Of a stretch of 27,428 bases of DNA, positions 9,231-19,202 are shown in pieces (position 1 is the first letter of the stretch; the number at the start of each line of letters is the position of its first letter). The notes beneath the pieces were generated by a model. It saw only the letters and a program-made list of their open reading frames with translations, was not told where the DNA came from and did no database searches. The DNA is from an uncultured Rhodospirillales bacterium (GTDB taxonomy: Bacteria; Pseudomonadota; Alphaproteobacteria; Rhodospirillales; 2-02-FULL-58-16), in contig CAJXGZ010000001.1 of assembly GCA_913053795.1 (NCBI GenBank), forward strand, positions 1-27,428, given 5' to 3'. Made by a program: the position numbers and the translations under genes.

Positions 9231-11051
9231 TCACCTCCTGCCGAACAGTTTTTCGATGTCGGCCAGCTTCAGCTCGACGTAGGTGGGGCGTCCGTGGCTG
9301 CATTGTCCGGAGTGGGGCGTCGCCTCCATCTGGCGCAGCAGGGCGTTCATCTCAGGCGCGTTGAGCCTGCGCCCGGCGCGGACGCTGGAATGGCAGGCCA
9401 TGGTCGCCGCCACCGCGCCCAGGCGGTCCTTGAGGGACGCCGACCCGTCTCCTTCAGCCCCATACCCTGGCGCCAAATCGCCGGCCAAGTCCCGCACAAG
9501 CCCTTGCAAATCGGCTTCGCCCAGCAGCGCCGGGGCCTCGCGCACCACCACGGCGCCGGGGCCGAAGGCCTCCACCGCTAGGCCCAAGTCCAGCAATTCC
9601 TCGGCATGGGCCGCCAGGCGCTCGGCCGAGACCTCGTCCAGCTCCACCACTTCGGGGATCAACAGCCCTTGGCGGGGAACGCCGCCGTTCTCCATGCCCT
9701 GCTTGATGCGCTCATGGACCAGGCGCTCATGGGCCGCGTGCTGGTCGACGATGACGATACCGTCGGCGCTTTGGGCGACGATATAGGTCTCATGCACCTG
9801 CGCCCGCGCCACGCCCAGGGGATAATCGCCCATGTCGTCTTCATCCGCCTCGGAAGCGGGCGGCGGCGCCTGAGGCGCCGCTTCCATGTCGGGCAAGGGC
9901 GCGTGATAGGCGGCGGCCTGTTCAGACATTCCACGGGCAGACATTCCGCGAGACGGCGAATATCCTCCCCCCACGCCGCCCACGCCGCCGGGACGCGCCG
10001 CGCCGAGGGCCGCGCTTGAAACGGATGTGGAGGCCCGGTGCCCGGCTTCGGCCAGGGCGTGACGGATGGCGCCGACAATCAGCCCCCGCACTGTCCCTGA
10101 GTCACGGAAGCGCACCTCGGTTTTCGCCGGATGCACGTTGACGTCCACCGCTTCCGGCGGGGCCTCCAGGAACAGCGCCACCAGGGGGTAGCGGTCCGAC
10201 GCCAGGAAATCTCTGTAAGCCCCGCGAACCGCCCCGTACAACAGCTTGTCGCGCACCGGGCGGCCATTGACGAACAGGAACTGCTTGGCTGCGTTGTTGC
10301 GGTTCAAGGTGGGCAAGCCGACAAAGCCGGTCAGGCGCAAGCCGTCGCGCTCGGCGTCGATGGGCAGGGCGTTGTCGGCGAAGCCGGTTCCCATGACGGC
10401 GCCGAGCCTTTCCAGGCGGGCGTCGAACAAGTCTCCGCAGCCCGACATGGGGGCGACGCTCAATTTCACCATGTCCCGGGCGCCGTCGTTCAACGTGAAG
10501 GCGATCTCCGGGCGCGCCATGGCGAGGCGATTCACGGTCTCCACGGCGTGCGCCAATTCGGTGCGCTGGGTCTTCAGAAACTTGAGCCGCGCCGGGGTGG
10601 CGTAGAACAGGTCCCTAATCTCGACGCGGGTTCCCTGGTTGAGGGCCGCCGGCTCAACCTCGCCCTTGGCGCCGCCGGCCACCGAAATGGACCAGGCGGA
10701 GTCCGAATTGGCTCGGCGGCTGACAATGGAGAGCCGGCTGACGGCGCCCATGGAGGGCAGCGCCTCGCCGCGAAAGCCGAGGGTGGAGATGCGGATCAAA
10801 TCGTCGTCGGCGAGCTTTGAGGTGGCGTGACGCTCCACCGCCAGCGCCAATTCTTCCGGGTCCATGCCGCATCCGTCGTCGGTCACCGAGATCAGCGCCC
10901 GCCCGCCGTCGCGCATGGTGACGGAGATGCGCCGGGCGCCGGCGTCGATGGCGTTCTCCACCAGCTCCTTGACGGCGGAGGCGGGCCTTTCCACCACTTC
11001 TCCGGCGGCGATGCGGTTAATCAGGTTTTCCGGCAGCAGGCGGATGGTCAT
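9231..11051 (-). CDS. mutL: DNA mismatch repair endonuclease MutL
   Basis: [56 protein letters not shown]. Confidence 0.98.
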   Translation of the reverse strand: MTIRLLPENLINRIAAGEVVERPASAVKELVENAIDAGARRISVTMRDGGRALISVTDDGCGMDPEELALAVERHATSKLADDDLIRISTLGFRGEALPSMGAVSRLSIVSRRANSDSAWSISVAGGAKGEVEPAALNQGTRVEIRDLFYATPARLKFLKTQRTELAHAVETVNRLAMARPEIAFTLNDGARDMVKLSVAPMSGCGDLFDARLERLGAVMGTGFADNALPIDAERDGLRLTGFVGLPTLNRNNAAKQFLFVNGRPVRDKLLYGAVRGAYRDFLASDRYPLVALFLEAPPEAVDVNVHPAKTEVRFRDSGTVRGLIVGAIRHALAEAGHRASTSVSSAALGAARPGGVGGVGGGYSPSRGMSARGMSEQAAAYHAPLPDMEAAPQAPPPASEADEDDMGDYPLGVARAQVHETYIVAQSADGIVIVDQHAAHERLVHERIKQGMENGGVPRQGLLIPEVVELDEVSAERLAAHAEELLDLGLAVEAFGPGAVVVREAPALLGEADLQGLVRDLAGDLAPGYGAEGDGSASLKDRLGAVAATMACHSSVRAGRRLNAPEMNALLRQMEATPHSGQCSHGRPTYVELKLADIEKLFGRR

Positions 11052-12658
11052 GACCCGCGCCCTAAGAGTTTCTTGTAGTGATTAATCAGCCCGTTGGTGG
11101 AGCCGTCGTGGTTGTCCACGTCTGCTTCCGCCGTCAGTTGGGCCGCCGTCAGTTGGGGAAGAATCTCTTTCGCCAGCCGCTTGCCCAGCTCGACTCCCCA
11201 CTGGTCAAAGGAGTTGATGCGCCAGATCACGCCCTGAACGAAGATCTTGTGCTCATAAAGGGCGATCAGCATGCCGAGGGACCGGGGGTCCAGTTTGCGA
11301 AACAGGATGGAGTTGGTGGGGCGCCCGCCCTCGAAATTCTTGTGCGGCGCATGAGCGTCTTTCTTGCCCAGCATCAGGGCTTCGGTCTGGGCGAAAAAGT
11401 TGGCGAGCAGGATGGCGTGGCGTTCAGGCCCGGCGTTACAGCTCTCGGCGGCGGCGATGAAGTCGCTGGAGATCATGCGCGTCCCCTGGTGGAGCAACTG
11501 GAAAAAGGTGTGCTGGGCGTTGGTTCCGGGGGCGCCGAAAATGACGGGGCCGGTGTGGTGGTCAACGGGGTCGCCGTCCCGGGTCACGCTTTTGCCGTTG
11601 CTTTCCATATCCGCCTGCTGAAGGTAGGCGGGCAGGCGGCGCAAGTTATGGTCATAGGGCAGCACGGCGTGGGCCTGGGCGCCGAGGAAGTTGCAATTCC
11701 AAACCCCGATCAGGGCCAGGATCGCGGGCATGTTGGACTCCAAGGGCGCCTCCAGGAAATGCCGGTCCATGGCGTAAGCCCCTTCCAGCATTTCCTCGAA
11801 GCGCTCGGCGCCGGCGGCGACGGCGATGGACAAACCGATGCTGGACCACAGCGAGAATCGCCCCCCCACCCAATCCCACAAGCGGAACATGTTTTGCGTC
11901 TCGACGCCGAAGTCCGCCACCGCGCTTTCATTGGCGGAGAGCGCCGCGAAATGGCGGGCCACCGCCTCCTCGCCCAGGGAATCGGCGACCCAGGCCCGGG
12001 CGGTGGCGGCGTTGGACATGGTTTCCTGGGTGGTGAAGGTCTTGGAGGCGACAATGAACAGGGTGGTTTCCGGGTTCAAGGCTTTAAGGGTCTCCGCCAT
12101 GTGGGCCCCGTCGACGTTGGAGACGAAATGCACATTGAGCCCCGGCTTGTGATAGGGAGCAAGCGCCTGGCACGCCATGGCGGGGCCCAAATCCGAGCCG
12201 CCGATGCCGATATTCACCACATCGCTGACGGGCTCTCCCGTGTGCCCCTTCCAGATGCCGCCGCGCACCGCCACCGAGAAGGCGCGCATTTGGCCCAGGA
12301 CGTCGCGCACCCCGGGCATGACGTCGGCGCCGCCGGTTACCACCGCCTCGCCGGAGCGGTCGCGGAGCGCCGTGTGCAGGACGGCGCGGTCCTCGCTAAC
12401 ATTGATATGCCCGCCTGAGAACATGCGGTCCCGCCACCCCTCCACGTCTTCCTGGCGGGCCAGGTCGAACAGCAGCTTCATGGTTTCCGCGGTCACCAGG
12501 TTCTTGGAGTAGTCCAGCAGGAAATCGTCCAAGGCCAGGGAGAAATGCGCGAAGCGGCCGGGATGCCCGTCAAACAACGCGCACATGGAAGCCGCCGCCA
12601 TCTTCTCGCGGTGGGCCTCCAGCGCCTTCCAGGCGGGCGTTTGGGTCAACGAAGCCAT
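11048..12658 (-). CDS. pgi: Glucose-6-phosphate isomerase
   Basis: [47 protein letters not shown]. Confidence 0.98.
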   Translation of the reverse strand: MASLTQTPAWKALEAHREKMAAASMCALFDGHPGRFAHFSLALDDFLLDYSKNLVTAETMKLLFDLARQEDVEGWRDRMFSGGHINVSEDRAVLHTALRDRSGEAVVTGGADVMPGVRDVLGQMRAFSVAVRGGIWKGHTGEPVSDVVNIGIGGSDLGPAMACQALAPYHKPGLNVHFVSNVDGAHMAETLKALNPETTLFIVASKTFTTQETMSNAATARAWVADSLGEEAVARHFAALSANESAVADFGVETQNMFRLWDWVGGRFSLWSSIGLSIAVAAGAERFEEMLEGAYAMDRHFLEAPLESNMPAILALIGVWNCNFLGAQAHAVLPYDHNLRRLPAYLQQADMESNGKSVTRDGDPVDHHTGPVIFGAPGTNAQHTFFQLLHQGTRMISSDFIAAAESCNAGPERHAILLANFFAQTEALMLGKKDAHAPHKNFEGGRPTNSILFRKLDPRSLGMLIALYEHKIFVQGVIWRINSFDQWGVELGKRLAKEILPQLTAAQLTAEADVDNHDGSTNGLINHYKKLLGRGS

Positions 12659-12978
12659 TTTTCTCCTACACCTTTTCTAGCAGCCAACGCCGTCCGAGCC
12701 GACTCCGTTTTTGACGAGAAATAAGGGTTTTTTAGGGCTTTTTTGTATGTTTTCAAGCGTTTTTCCCCCGTTTTTTTCATTGGTTTTCCTTGTTTTTCAA
12801 GGGCTTGCACATGTTTTCCCCGTGTAATTCTGGTCATCCCTGGTCACTGAGGGACGTTTATGGCCTTTTCCCCACCCCCCAAATAAGAACCCAACATGAA
12901 TATTAGCAGATAATAATCGGATGTCAAGTATAAATAGGATGTTTATCTGTTTTTCTTGGTTGGGAGAAAGGAAGAATT

Positions 12979-13068
12979 AACCGCGAAGGACGCACAGGCG
13001 CACGGAGGATGGCGCGCAGGAAGGAAACGAGTGACGCGGATGAACCCGTGTCATTTAAAGAAAAACAA
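12979..13068. repeat. Degenerate repeat remnants, including a collapsed copy of the 15139-15237 element
   Basis: CGCGGATGAAC (13035-13045) equals 15159-15169 and is joined directly to CCGTGTCATTTAAAGAAAAACAA (13046-13068), similar to 15218-15237. A loose CGC(G/A)(A/C) iteration lies at 12979-13008. Confidence 0.6.
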
Positions 13069-13115
13069 TTAAATTCACCTTGATTTTTGTGCATACATTC
13101 GTACATATAATATAG

Positions 13116-13151
13116 ATGGAGTTCGAATGGGATAAAGCCAAGCGCACATGA
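13116..13151 (+). pseudogene. brnT: BrnT toxin remnant (about first 10 codons only)
   Basis: MEFEWDKAKR is the characteristic BrnT N-terminus; it stops at TGA overlapping the brnA ATG. TATAAT at 13106-13111 suggests a leaderless start. Confidence 0.75.
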
Positions 13152-13366
13152 AAGACGATGAGATTGATTATTCAGACATCCCGGAGACCGACGCGCGGTT
13201 CTGGGAAGGCGCCGAACTCGTCTTGCCCGCAAACAAGGAACGGGTCACCATCCGCCTGGACCGGGACGTGGTCGATTGGTTCAAGGACCACGGCAAGGGC
13301 TACCAAACCCGCATCAACGCCGTCTTGCGCGCCTTCGTCAACGGCCGGCGAGGATCGGAGCGGTGA
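13148..13366 (+). CDS. brnA: BrnA antitoxin family (DUF4415), probably N-terminally shortened
   Basis: EIDYSDIPE, VTIRLDRDVVDWFK..GKGYQTRINAVLR. Confidence 0.9.
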   Translation: MKDDEIDYSDIPETDARFWEGAELVLPANKERVTIRLDRDVVDWFKDHGKGYQTRINAVLRAFVNGRRGSER

Positions 13367-13463
13367 TGAGGCGCAATCACTCGGAATGGCCTTTTGGCGT
13401 CAATCTTTCCTTAATGACGTTTGTTCATGATTGTGGTTTTATGGGCGCGGTGGAGGATTAATC

Positions 13464-13985
13464 ATGACGTCAGTCGCGACAATCGGCTACGAAGGAGCCT
13501 CTTTGGAGGACTTCCTTGCAGTTCTTGCATTTGCTGGCGTTACCACCCTGATTGATGTCCGCGAAGCTCCTATTTCCCGCCGCAAGGGTTTTTCAAAAAA
13601 TATTCTCCGTGAAGCGCTGGAGAATATCGGGATCGATTACATCCACCTTGTCGGCCTTGGCAATCCCAAGAACGGGCGTGACGCCGCCCGCGAGGGGCGG
13701 CTTGATGACTATATAAAAATATTCTCTGCTCAAATGACGACCTCGAAGTTCAAAGCAGACCTGGAAAGGGCCGCCGAGATTGCTAGTGAAGGTGGAGCTT
13801 GCCTTATGTGCTACGAGCGCGACCCGAACGGCTGTCATCGAAAGATTGTGTCCGAAGCATTATACGATATTATTGATGCTAATATCAGCCATCTTGGGGT
13901 CCGGAAAGGAATTTCAAAGAATGGCGGTGAAGTCAGGTCACGAACGCGTTTTAATGCTGGTGAAAGCGCTGCCCCATGCGGGTGA
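13464..13985 (+). CDS. DUF488 family protein
   Basis: ATIGYEG, LIDVREAPISRRKGFSK, Y.HLVGLG, LMCYERDPNGCHR. GGAGG precedes ATG 13464. Confidence 0.9.
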   Translation: MTSVATIGYEGASLEDFLAVLAFAGVTTLIDVREAPISRRKGFSKNILREALENIGIDYIHLVGLGNPKNGRDAAREGRLDDYIKIFSAQMTTSKFKADLERAAEIASEGGACLMCYERDPNGCHRKIVSEALYDIIDANISHLGVRKGISKNGGEVRSRTRFNAGESAAPCG

Positions 13986-14682
13986 CAAACACGGCGAAAC
14001 CGTCTGCTGCGCAGGCGTAACTCCTGAACGTAAGTGGCGCCGTCAATTTCCAGTTCCTTTCCGCTATCTTGAAGACCAGAAATTCATCCGTTGGCAATGG
14101 ATCGAATATGATTGGCGGAAGCCAACTGATGATAAACGTCCAGAGAGTCAAAGGGTTCAAGAAGGAACGATCAGACCCGGCAAAGAAATGCCAAAAAAAG
14201 AACGGGCCGAATTCCTTCATCCGTTAATTGTCAGTTCCACTCTTGAAGCGGCCAACAACGGCGCGACGTTAGCGCTCATCCGACCAAGAGATACTGTGTT
14301 CACGTTCAAGAAAAAACGCCCTGAAGCCATAAATAAGGAGAGGCATGGGTATACAGCGGCGGCAAGCCAATTGTCTTTTCTAACGCAACGACAGAAGCCT
14401 CTTGAGCCTTGCCCCTACGAGTTCAAGTTCAAGTACACTACGGATGACGGCCGTCGCCACGAAAACATTTGTGGCGATTGGGAAACAGCGGCAATGTTTT
14501 ACAGGTTTGAAAAGATTTCTGGAGAAAAAGACGCCCTAAGAAAAATGGATGAAACTTTCAACATTGAATACCCAGAAAGAGGAATGGTTTTCGCCTTAGG
14601 AGCTCACTCACGATATCCAGATTCATGGTTGCTGGTTGGAGTGATCCGTCTTGATGAAGTGGACCAGTTGTCCCTCCTGTAA
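13921..14682 (+). CDS. Uncharacterised DUF488-partner protein, 253 aa
   Basis: LVKALPHAGDKHGETVCCAGV...RQFPVPFR...RWQWIE...DKRPES...CGDWE; start overlaps the DUF488 3' end by 65 nt; AAGGA upstream. Confidence 0.8.
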   Translation: MAVKSGHERVLMLVKALPHAGDKHGETVCCAGVTPERKWRRQFPVPFRYLEDQKFIRWQWIEYDWRKPTDDKRPESQRVQEGTIRPGKEMPKKERAEFLHPLIVSSTLEAANNGATLALIRPRDTVFTFKKKRPEAINKERHGYTAAASQLSFLTQRQKPLEPCPYEFKFKYTTDDGRRHENICGDWETAAMFYRFEKISGEKDALRKMDETFNIEYPERGMVFALGAHSRYPDSWLLVGVIRLDEVDQLSLL

Positions 14683-14734
14683 AGAGGAAAGGGGGGCAGT
14701 CACTTCGCCGCCAATTCACTAGGAGCGGCGCGCC

Positions 14735-15023
14735 ATGCAGATGCACAATCCGCCCCATCCTGGAGAGGCTGTTCGGGAGTTTTGTTTGGAGCCGTTGGGG
14801 CTTAGAGTCACCCGGGCGGCCAAGGGGCTGGGGGTGTCGCGCAAGGCGTTGTCGGAGCTGCTCAACGGCCATTCGGGGGTTTCGCCGGAAATGGCCATAC
14901 GCCTGTCCAAGGCCTTCGGCGGCGGGCCTTAAAAGCTGGCTGACCCAGCAGATGCATTACGACCTGTGGAAAGCCTCGATGCGCACCGATGACATTGAGG
15001 TGGTGGCGTTCGAGGCGGCTTGA
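14735..15023 (+). pseudogene. higA: HigA-family antitoxin, frameshifted
   Basis: MHNPPHPGE...[17 protein letters not shown] hits TAA at 14930-14932; the expected continuation SWLTQQMHYDLW...AA* lies in the +1 frame and ends at 15023. Confidence 0.85.
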
Positions 15024-15067
15024 GGCTCCAAATCATCCGTGATGGCCCCCGCACATAAAAGGTGAGT

Positions 15068-15132
15068 GGGGTCAGGTCTTGAATGTTGCATTTGATAAAA
15101 ATATATAAATTCAACATTCAAGACCTGACCCC
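15068..15132. repeat. Perfect 21-bp inverted repeat with 23-nt AT-rich loop (GGGGTCAGGTCTTG-type REP-like element)
   Basis: GGGGTCAGGTCTTGAATGTTG (15068-15088) and CAACATTCAAGACCTGACCCC (15112-15132). Confidence 0.92.
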
Positions 15133-15138
15133 AAACTC

Positions 15139-15222
15139 CACGGATTCACACGGATGGGCGCGGATGAACATGAAAGGCGGCTTTAATCTTTGTTCATCCG
15201 CGTTCATCCGTGTGAATCCGTG
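15139..15222. repeat. 32-bp inverted repeat (2 mismatches) built from CACGGAT/CGCGGAT iterations
   Basis: Arms 15139-15170 and 15191-15222, 20-nt loop. Confidence 0.92.
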
Positions 15223-15242
15223 TCATTAAAAAAACAACGATG

Positions 15243-15275
15243 AAAAGAGCCCGCTCCGAATCACCCGGAATGGGC
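15243..15275 (-). terminator. Possible intrinsic terminator overlapping the hemerythrin stop
   Basis: Imperfect 10-bp stem GCCCATTCCG/CGGAGCGGGC followed by UCUUUU on the minus strand. Confidence 0.35.
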
Positions 15276-15671
15276 GCTGTGAAAATCCCTATCGTAAGTG
15301 GCGAAGTGGACGCCGAACCAGCGGCTCATGGATTTCGCCAAGTCCTTTTCATAATCCTCCCATGAGTCCCCGGTGACGCTTTCCATGATGTCGCGGATTT
15401 CATCCAGCAATTTTCCATGGTCTTCCTTGTGGGCGGCGTAGCCCTTAAAGCCGATGTCGCGCATAATCTTTTCCTCAAGGGCGAAATGGGCCTCGATGAG
15501 GGCGTGAATCTCGCCGAGATATTGCTTGATTACGTCCTCGGCGCCATCGGGGGAGCAATCGGCGCCGGCCTTGCCGTGCATCTCGTTGATGAGGTTGATC
15601 AGGACTTCATGTTCATGGTCCACGGACGGGTTCCCGCATTTAAACGCGTCTTTCCAGGTCATTAACGCCAT
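15261..15671 (-). CDS. Bacteriohemerythrin (canonical ligand set)
   Basis: MTWKDAFKCGNPSVDHEH, HFALEE, HKEDH, WFGVHFATYD. Start placed at ATG 15671. Confidence 0.92.
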   Translation of the reverse strand: MALMTWKDAFKCGNPSVDHEHEVLINLINEMHGKAGADCSPDGAEDVIKQYLGEIHALIEAHFALEEKIMRDIGFKGYAAHKEDHGKLLDEIRDIMESVTGDSWEDYEKDLAKSMSRWFGVHFATYDRDFHSAHSG

Positions 15672-15912
15672 GTGTTTTTCCTTACGCCGGCTTGGATAAG
15701 AGCGGCCACGAACACTATATAGAAAGATAATGGGCAATTCGCATCAATCAAGATGGTGGCGGCTCAAAGGCCCGCCGCCGCTTAAAACGCCGAGAATGGG
15801 TTTTGGAAAGTTTTTATTAACACTATGAACTTAAAAGTAGGATGTTGAAGTTACGTGGAAAACTATCTTTTCACCGCTTTCATCAGCCAATTGGCTCGGA
15901 CAGGATGGCGCT

Positions 15913-16449
15913 ATGACAGAATTACAAGAAACTGAAATGCTGAAAAAAGAGCTCTTCGGTCTTTTCCAATACATCCAGAGGGTTCGCGAGGAAATCGTCG
16001 CCATCGAGCGCGACGCCGACGACGTCCATCAATTTGAAAGCATGTCCGACCAGTTGGACGCTATCGTCAAGGCCACCGAGGAAGCCACCGAAACCATCAT
16101 GATCGCCATGGAAGGCAACGAAGAGGCGGTGGTGGAATTAAAAAAGACCATCACCGATCCCGAACAAACAGCCCTGCTCGTCAAAATCGTTGAAAACGGG
16201 CAGAAGGTCTTTGAGGCCTGCGCCTTCCAGGACATCACCGGCCAGCGGGTCACCAAGATCGCCAAATCCGTCACCTATGTGGAAAAAAGGGTCAACGCCC
16301 TGATGGACATCTGGGGCAAGGAAGAGCTGGAGAAGGTCGAAATCAAGCCGGAAGAGAAAAAGACCGAGGACGAAAAGATGCTCCACGGTCCGCAACTGGA
16401 AAAAGAAAACTCCCTCGGCCAATCCGAAATCGACGCCCTGTTCGATTGA
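15913..16449 (+). CDS. cheZ: Protein phosphatase CheZ (alphaproteobacterial type)
   Basis: QLDAIVKATEEATETI, ACAFQDITGQRVTK (DxxxQ), LHGPQ, QSEIDALFD. Confidence 0.88.
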   Translation: MTELQETEMLKKELFGLFQYIQRVREEIVAIERDADDVHQFESMSDQLDAIVKATEEATETIMIAMEGNEEAVVELKKTITDPEQTALLVKIVENGQKVFEACAFQDITGQRVTKIAKSVTYVEKRVNALMDIWGKEELEKVEIKPEEKKTEDEKMLHGPQLEKENSLGQSEIDALFD

Positions 16450-16548
16450 TACAAAAGACCCACGCCTTATGACCTCTACACATCGGATGCGAAACCGTGT
16501 AGTATTCTCATCCGTTTTTATTCATAAACTTCAATATGGATTAAAAAA

Positions 16549-17088
16549 ATGGCGCGCCATGTCTCTTTTCTTTTCGCTCTTCTCCTCGGCGGCTTGGTCA
16601 TGACCGGCGCAGCCTTGGCGGGCGACCCGGAAAACACGCTCTTTCTGGACCTGAAAGACGGCCGCGTGGTCATCGAAATGAGGCCCGATCTGGCCCCTAA
16701 CCATGTCGCCCAGATCAAGAAGCTCGTCCGTGAAGGCTATTACGACGGGCTTAAGTTCCATCGGGTGATTGACGGCTTCATGGTCCAAGGCGGCGACAAC
16801 GGCAAAGGCGGCTCGGGCGTCAAGCTCAAGGCCGAGTTCTCCGACGAACGTCACCTGCGCGGGGTGACGTCCATGGCCAGGACGTCCGATCCCAACAGCG
16901 CCGACGCCCAATTCTTCATCATGCTGGGGGCGTCGCCTCACCTGGACGGCCAGTACACCATCTGGGGCAAGGTGGTCGAAGGCATGGAGTTCGTGGATAT
17001 GATCAAAAAGGGCTCTTCGGTGATGAACGGCATCGTCAGCAAGCCCGACAGCATCACCCGCATGCGGGTGGCCTCGGACGTTAAGTAA
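16549..17088 (+). CDS. Cyclophilin-type peptidyl-prolyl isomerase with signal peptide
   Basis: FHRVIDGFMVQGGD, SMART..PNSA..QFFI, HLDGQYTIWGKV. Confidence 0.95.
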   Translation: MARHVSFLFALLLGGLVMTGAALAGDPENTLFLDLKDGRVVIEMRPDLAPNHVAQIKKLVREGYYDGLKFHRVIDGFMVQGGDNGKGGSGVKLKAEFSDERHLRGVTSMARTSDPNSADAQFFIMLGASPHLDGQYTIWGKVVEGMEFVDMIKKGSSVMNGIVSKPDSITRMRVASDVK

Positions 17089-17145
17089 TGGACGTTAAGT
17101 AATGGGCGTTAAGTAATGGGCGTCAAGTAGTAGGCGTTAAGTAGA
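17076..17145. repeat. Tandem repeat, 5 x 14 bp (consensus GGRCGTTAAGTAAT)
   Basis: Units begin at 17076, 17090, 17104, 17118 and 17132; the array spans the stop codons of the cyclophilin gene and aspS. Confidence 0.92.
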
Positions 17146-18981
17146 CGCCTTTTCCCCTTCTTTCGATCCGTCATCCGTCTTTTTCGCCCCGGGTAATTTG
17201 GGGGGTAAATTGAGGCGGATGTGCAGCTCCTTCAGGCGCCGGGGCTCGACGGCCGACGGCGCGCCCATGAGCAGATCCTGAGCCTGCTGGTTCATGGGGA
17301 AGGCGATGACCTCGCGGATGTTGGGCTCGCCGGCCAGCAACATGACCATGCGGTCGATCCCCGGGGCCGCGCCGCCGTGGGGCGGGGCCCCGAACTTAAA
17401 GGCGGAAAGCAGGCCGCCGAACTGCTCCTCCACCTCTTTCTTGGCGTATCCGGCGATTTTAAAGGCCTTGTACATGATACTAGGGCTGTGGTTGCGGATG
17501 GCGCCGCTGGATAACTCGACGCCGTTGCAGACGATGTCGTACTGGTAGGCGAGGATGTCCAACGGGTCCATGGTCTCCAAGGCCTCCAGGCCCCCTTGCG
17601 GCATGGAGAAGGGATTGTGGCTGAACTCCACCTGGCCTGTATCCTCGTTCAGTTCGTACATGGGGTAATCGACGATCCAGCAGAAACGGAACGCGTTCTC
17701 CTCTAAAAGCCCCAACTCGGCGCACACCCTGGCCCGCGCCGCGGCGGAGAACCTTTCGGCGTCCTTCTTTTGGCCGCAAACAAAAAATACGGCGTCGCCG
17801 TCGCCGGCGCCAACGGCCTCCTTGATGGCGGCGATGCGGTCCTCTTCCAGGTTCTTGCCGATGGGCCCCTTGGCCTCGCCGCCGGCGAAAATGATGTAGC
17901 CGAGGCCGCCGGCCCCCTCGTCGCGCGCCCAATCGTTGAGCTTGTCGAAAAAGCTGCGCGGCCTTGAAGCCGCCCCCGGCGCCGGAAGGGCGCGCACGAC
18001 GGCCCCCTTTTCAACATTGCGGGCGAACAGGCCGAAGCCGGAGCCGCGAAAGGCTTCGGTGACGTCGCGCATCTGAAGCGGATTGCGCAGGTCCGGCTTG
18101 TCGTCGCCGTATTTCTCCATGGTCTCGGCGTAGGTTATGCGGGGGAACGGCGGCGCATTAACGCCGCGCGCGGCGCTGAATTCCTCGAATACGTCATGGA
18201 GGACCGGCTCTATTGCCGAGAAAACGTCCTCCTGTGTGGCGAAGGCCAACTCGAAGTCCAACTGGTAGAACTCCCCCGGAGAGCGGTCGGCGCGGGCGTC
18301 CTCGTCGCGAAAGCACGGCGCGATCTGGAAATACTTGTCGAACCCCGACACCATGAGAAGCTGCTTGAACTGCTGGGGCGCCTGGGGCAGGGCGTAGAAC
18401 TTTCCCGGATGGTTGCGGCTGGGCGTCAGATAGTCCCTGGCCCCTTCCGGCGACGAGGCGGTGAGGATCGGCGTCTGGATCTCCAGGAACCCTTGATCCG
18501 TCATGTGGCGGCGGAAGGACGAAATGACTTGCGAGCGCAACTGGATGTTGGCGTGCATGCCCTGGCGGCGCAAATCGAGAAAGCGGTGGCGAAGGCGCAT
18601 GTCGTCGGAAAACTCGGCGTCGCCGGCCACCTGCATGGGCAGCGTATCGGCCGGCGACTCGACGTGGATATGCTCCACCCGGAGCTCCACCTGGCCGGTG
18701 GGAAAGCTGGGGTTGATGGTGTCTTCCGAGCGCTTGACCACAGTGCCGGTGACGGTGAGCACGCTTTCGGGCCGCGCTTTCTCGGCGGTTTCGAACAGCG
18801 GACTGGAGACGTCGATGACGATCTGAGTCAATCCGTAATGGTCGCGCAAGTCGATGAAAAGCAGATTGCCGTGATCGCGCTTGCGGTGCAGCCAGCCGGA
18901 AAGGCGGGCCTTCCGGGAAGCGTCCTCCAGCCTCAATTGGCCGCAGGTGTGGGTGCGGTAGGGATGCATATCCTCGGTCAT
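17137..18981 (-). CDS. aspS: Aspartate--tRNA ligase
   Basis: [60 protein letters not shown]. Confidence 0.98.
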   Translation of the reverse strand: MTEDMHPYRTHTCGQLRLEDASRKARLSGWLHRKRDHGNLLFIDLRDHYGLTQIVIDVSSPLFETAEKARPESVLTVTGTVVKRSEDTINPSFPTGQVELRVEHIHVESPADTLPMQVAGDAEFSDDMRLRHRFLDLRRQGMHANIQLRSQVISSFRRHMTDQGFLEIQTPILTASSPEGARDYLTPSRNHPGKFYALPQAPQQFKQLLMVSGFDKYFQIAPCFRDEDARADRSPGEFYQLDFELAFATQEDVFSAIEPVLHDVFEEFSAARGVNAPPFPRITYAETMEKYGDDKPDLRNPLQMRDVTEAFRGSGFGLFARNVEKGAVVRALPAPGAASRPRSFFDKLNDWARDEGAGGLGYIIFAGGEAKGPIGKNLEEDRIAAIKEAVGAGDGDAVFFVCGQKKDAERFSAAARARVCAELGLLEENAFRFCWIVDYPMYELNEDTGQVEFSHNPFSMPQGGLEALETMDPLDILAYQYDIVCNGVELSSGAIRNHSPSIMYKAFKIAGYAKKEVEEQFGGLLSAFKFGAPPHGGAAPGIDRMVMLLAGEPNIREVIAFPMNQQAQDLLMGAPSAVEPRRLKELHIRLNLPPKLPGAKKTDDGSKEGEKAST

Positions 18982-19202
18982 CGTAAGCCTTCACAAATGT
19001 TCGCGCGAATAAGGGGACGGGGGGGCGAATTTGTCAAGGTAAGCATCGAACTCTTCAGTCATGGCCGTGCTCGACACGGCCATCCACGTCTTTTTCGCCC
19101 CGCGAAAGAGAAGGCCAGCCTAGCGCACAGCTTGCCCGTCAAACACGAACCGCCTATGGTCTTTCTTATCCCTTTGATTGCGTCAACGGAGTGGAGGCAT
19201 TG

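Noticed and set aside
12646-12837. Lys-rich 63-aa ORF upstream of pgi
   Set aside because: Explained by the T-rich tract; overlaps the pgi start out of frame and has no family motif.
15817-15834. Possible CtrA site upstream of cheZ
   Set aside because: TTAA half-sites are 10 nt apart, not the 7 nt of the consensus.
17076-17145. CRISPR array interpretation of the 14-bp repeats
   Set aside because: Units are contiguous with no spacers, too short, and no cas genes are present.
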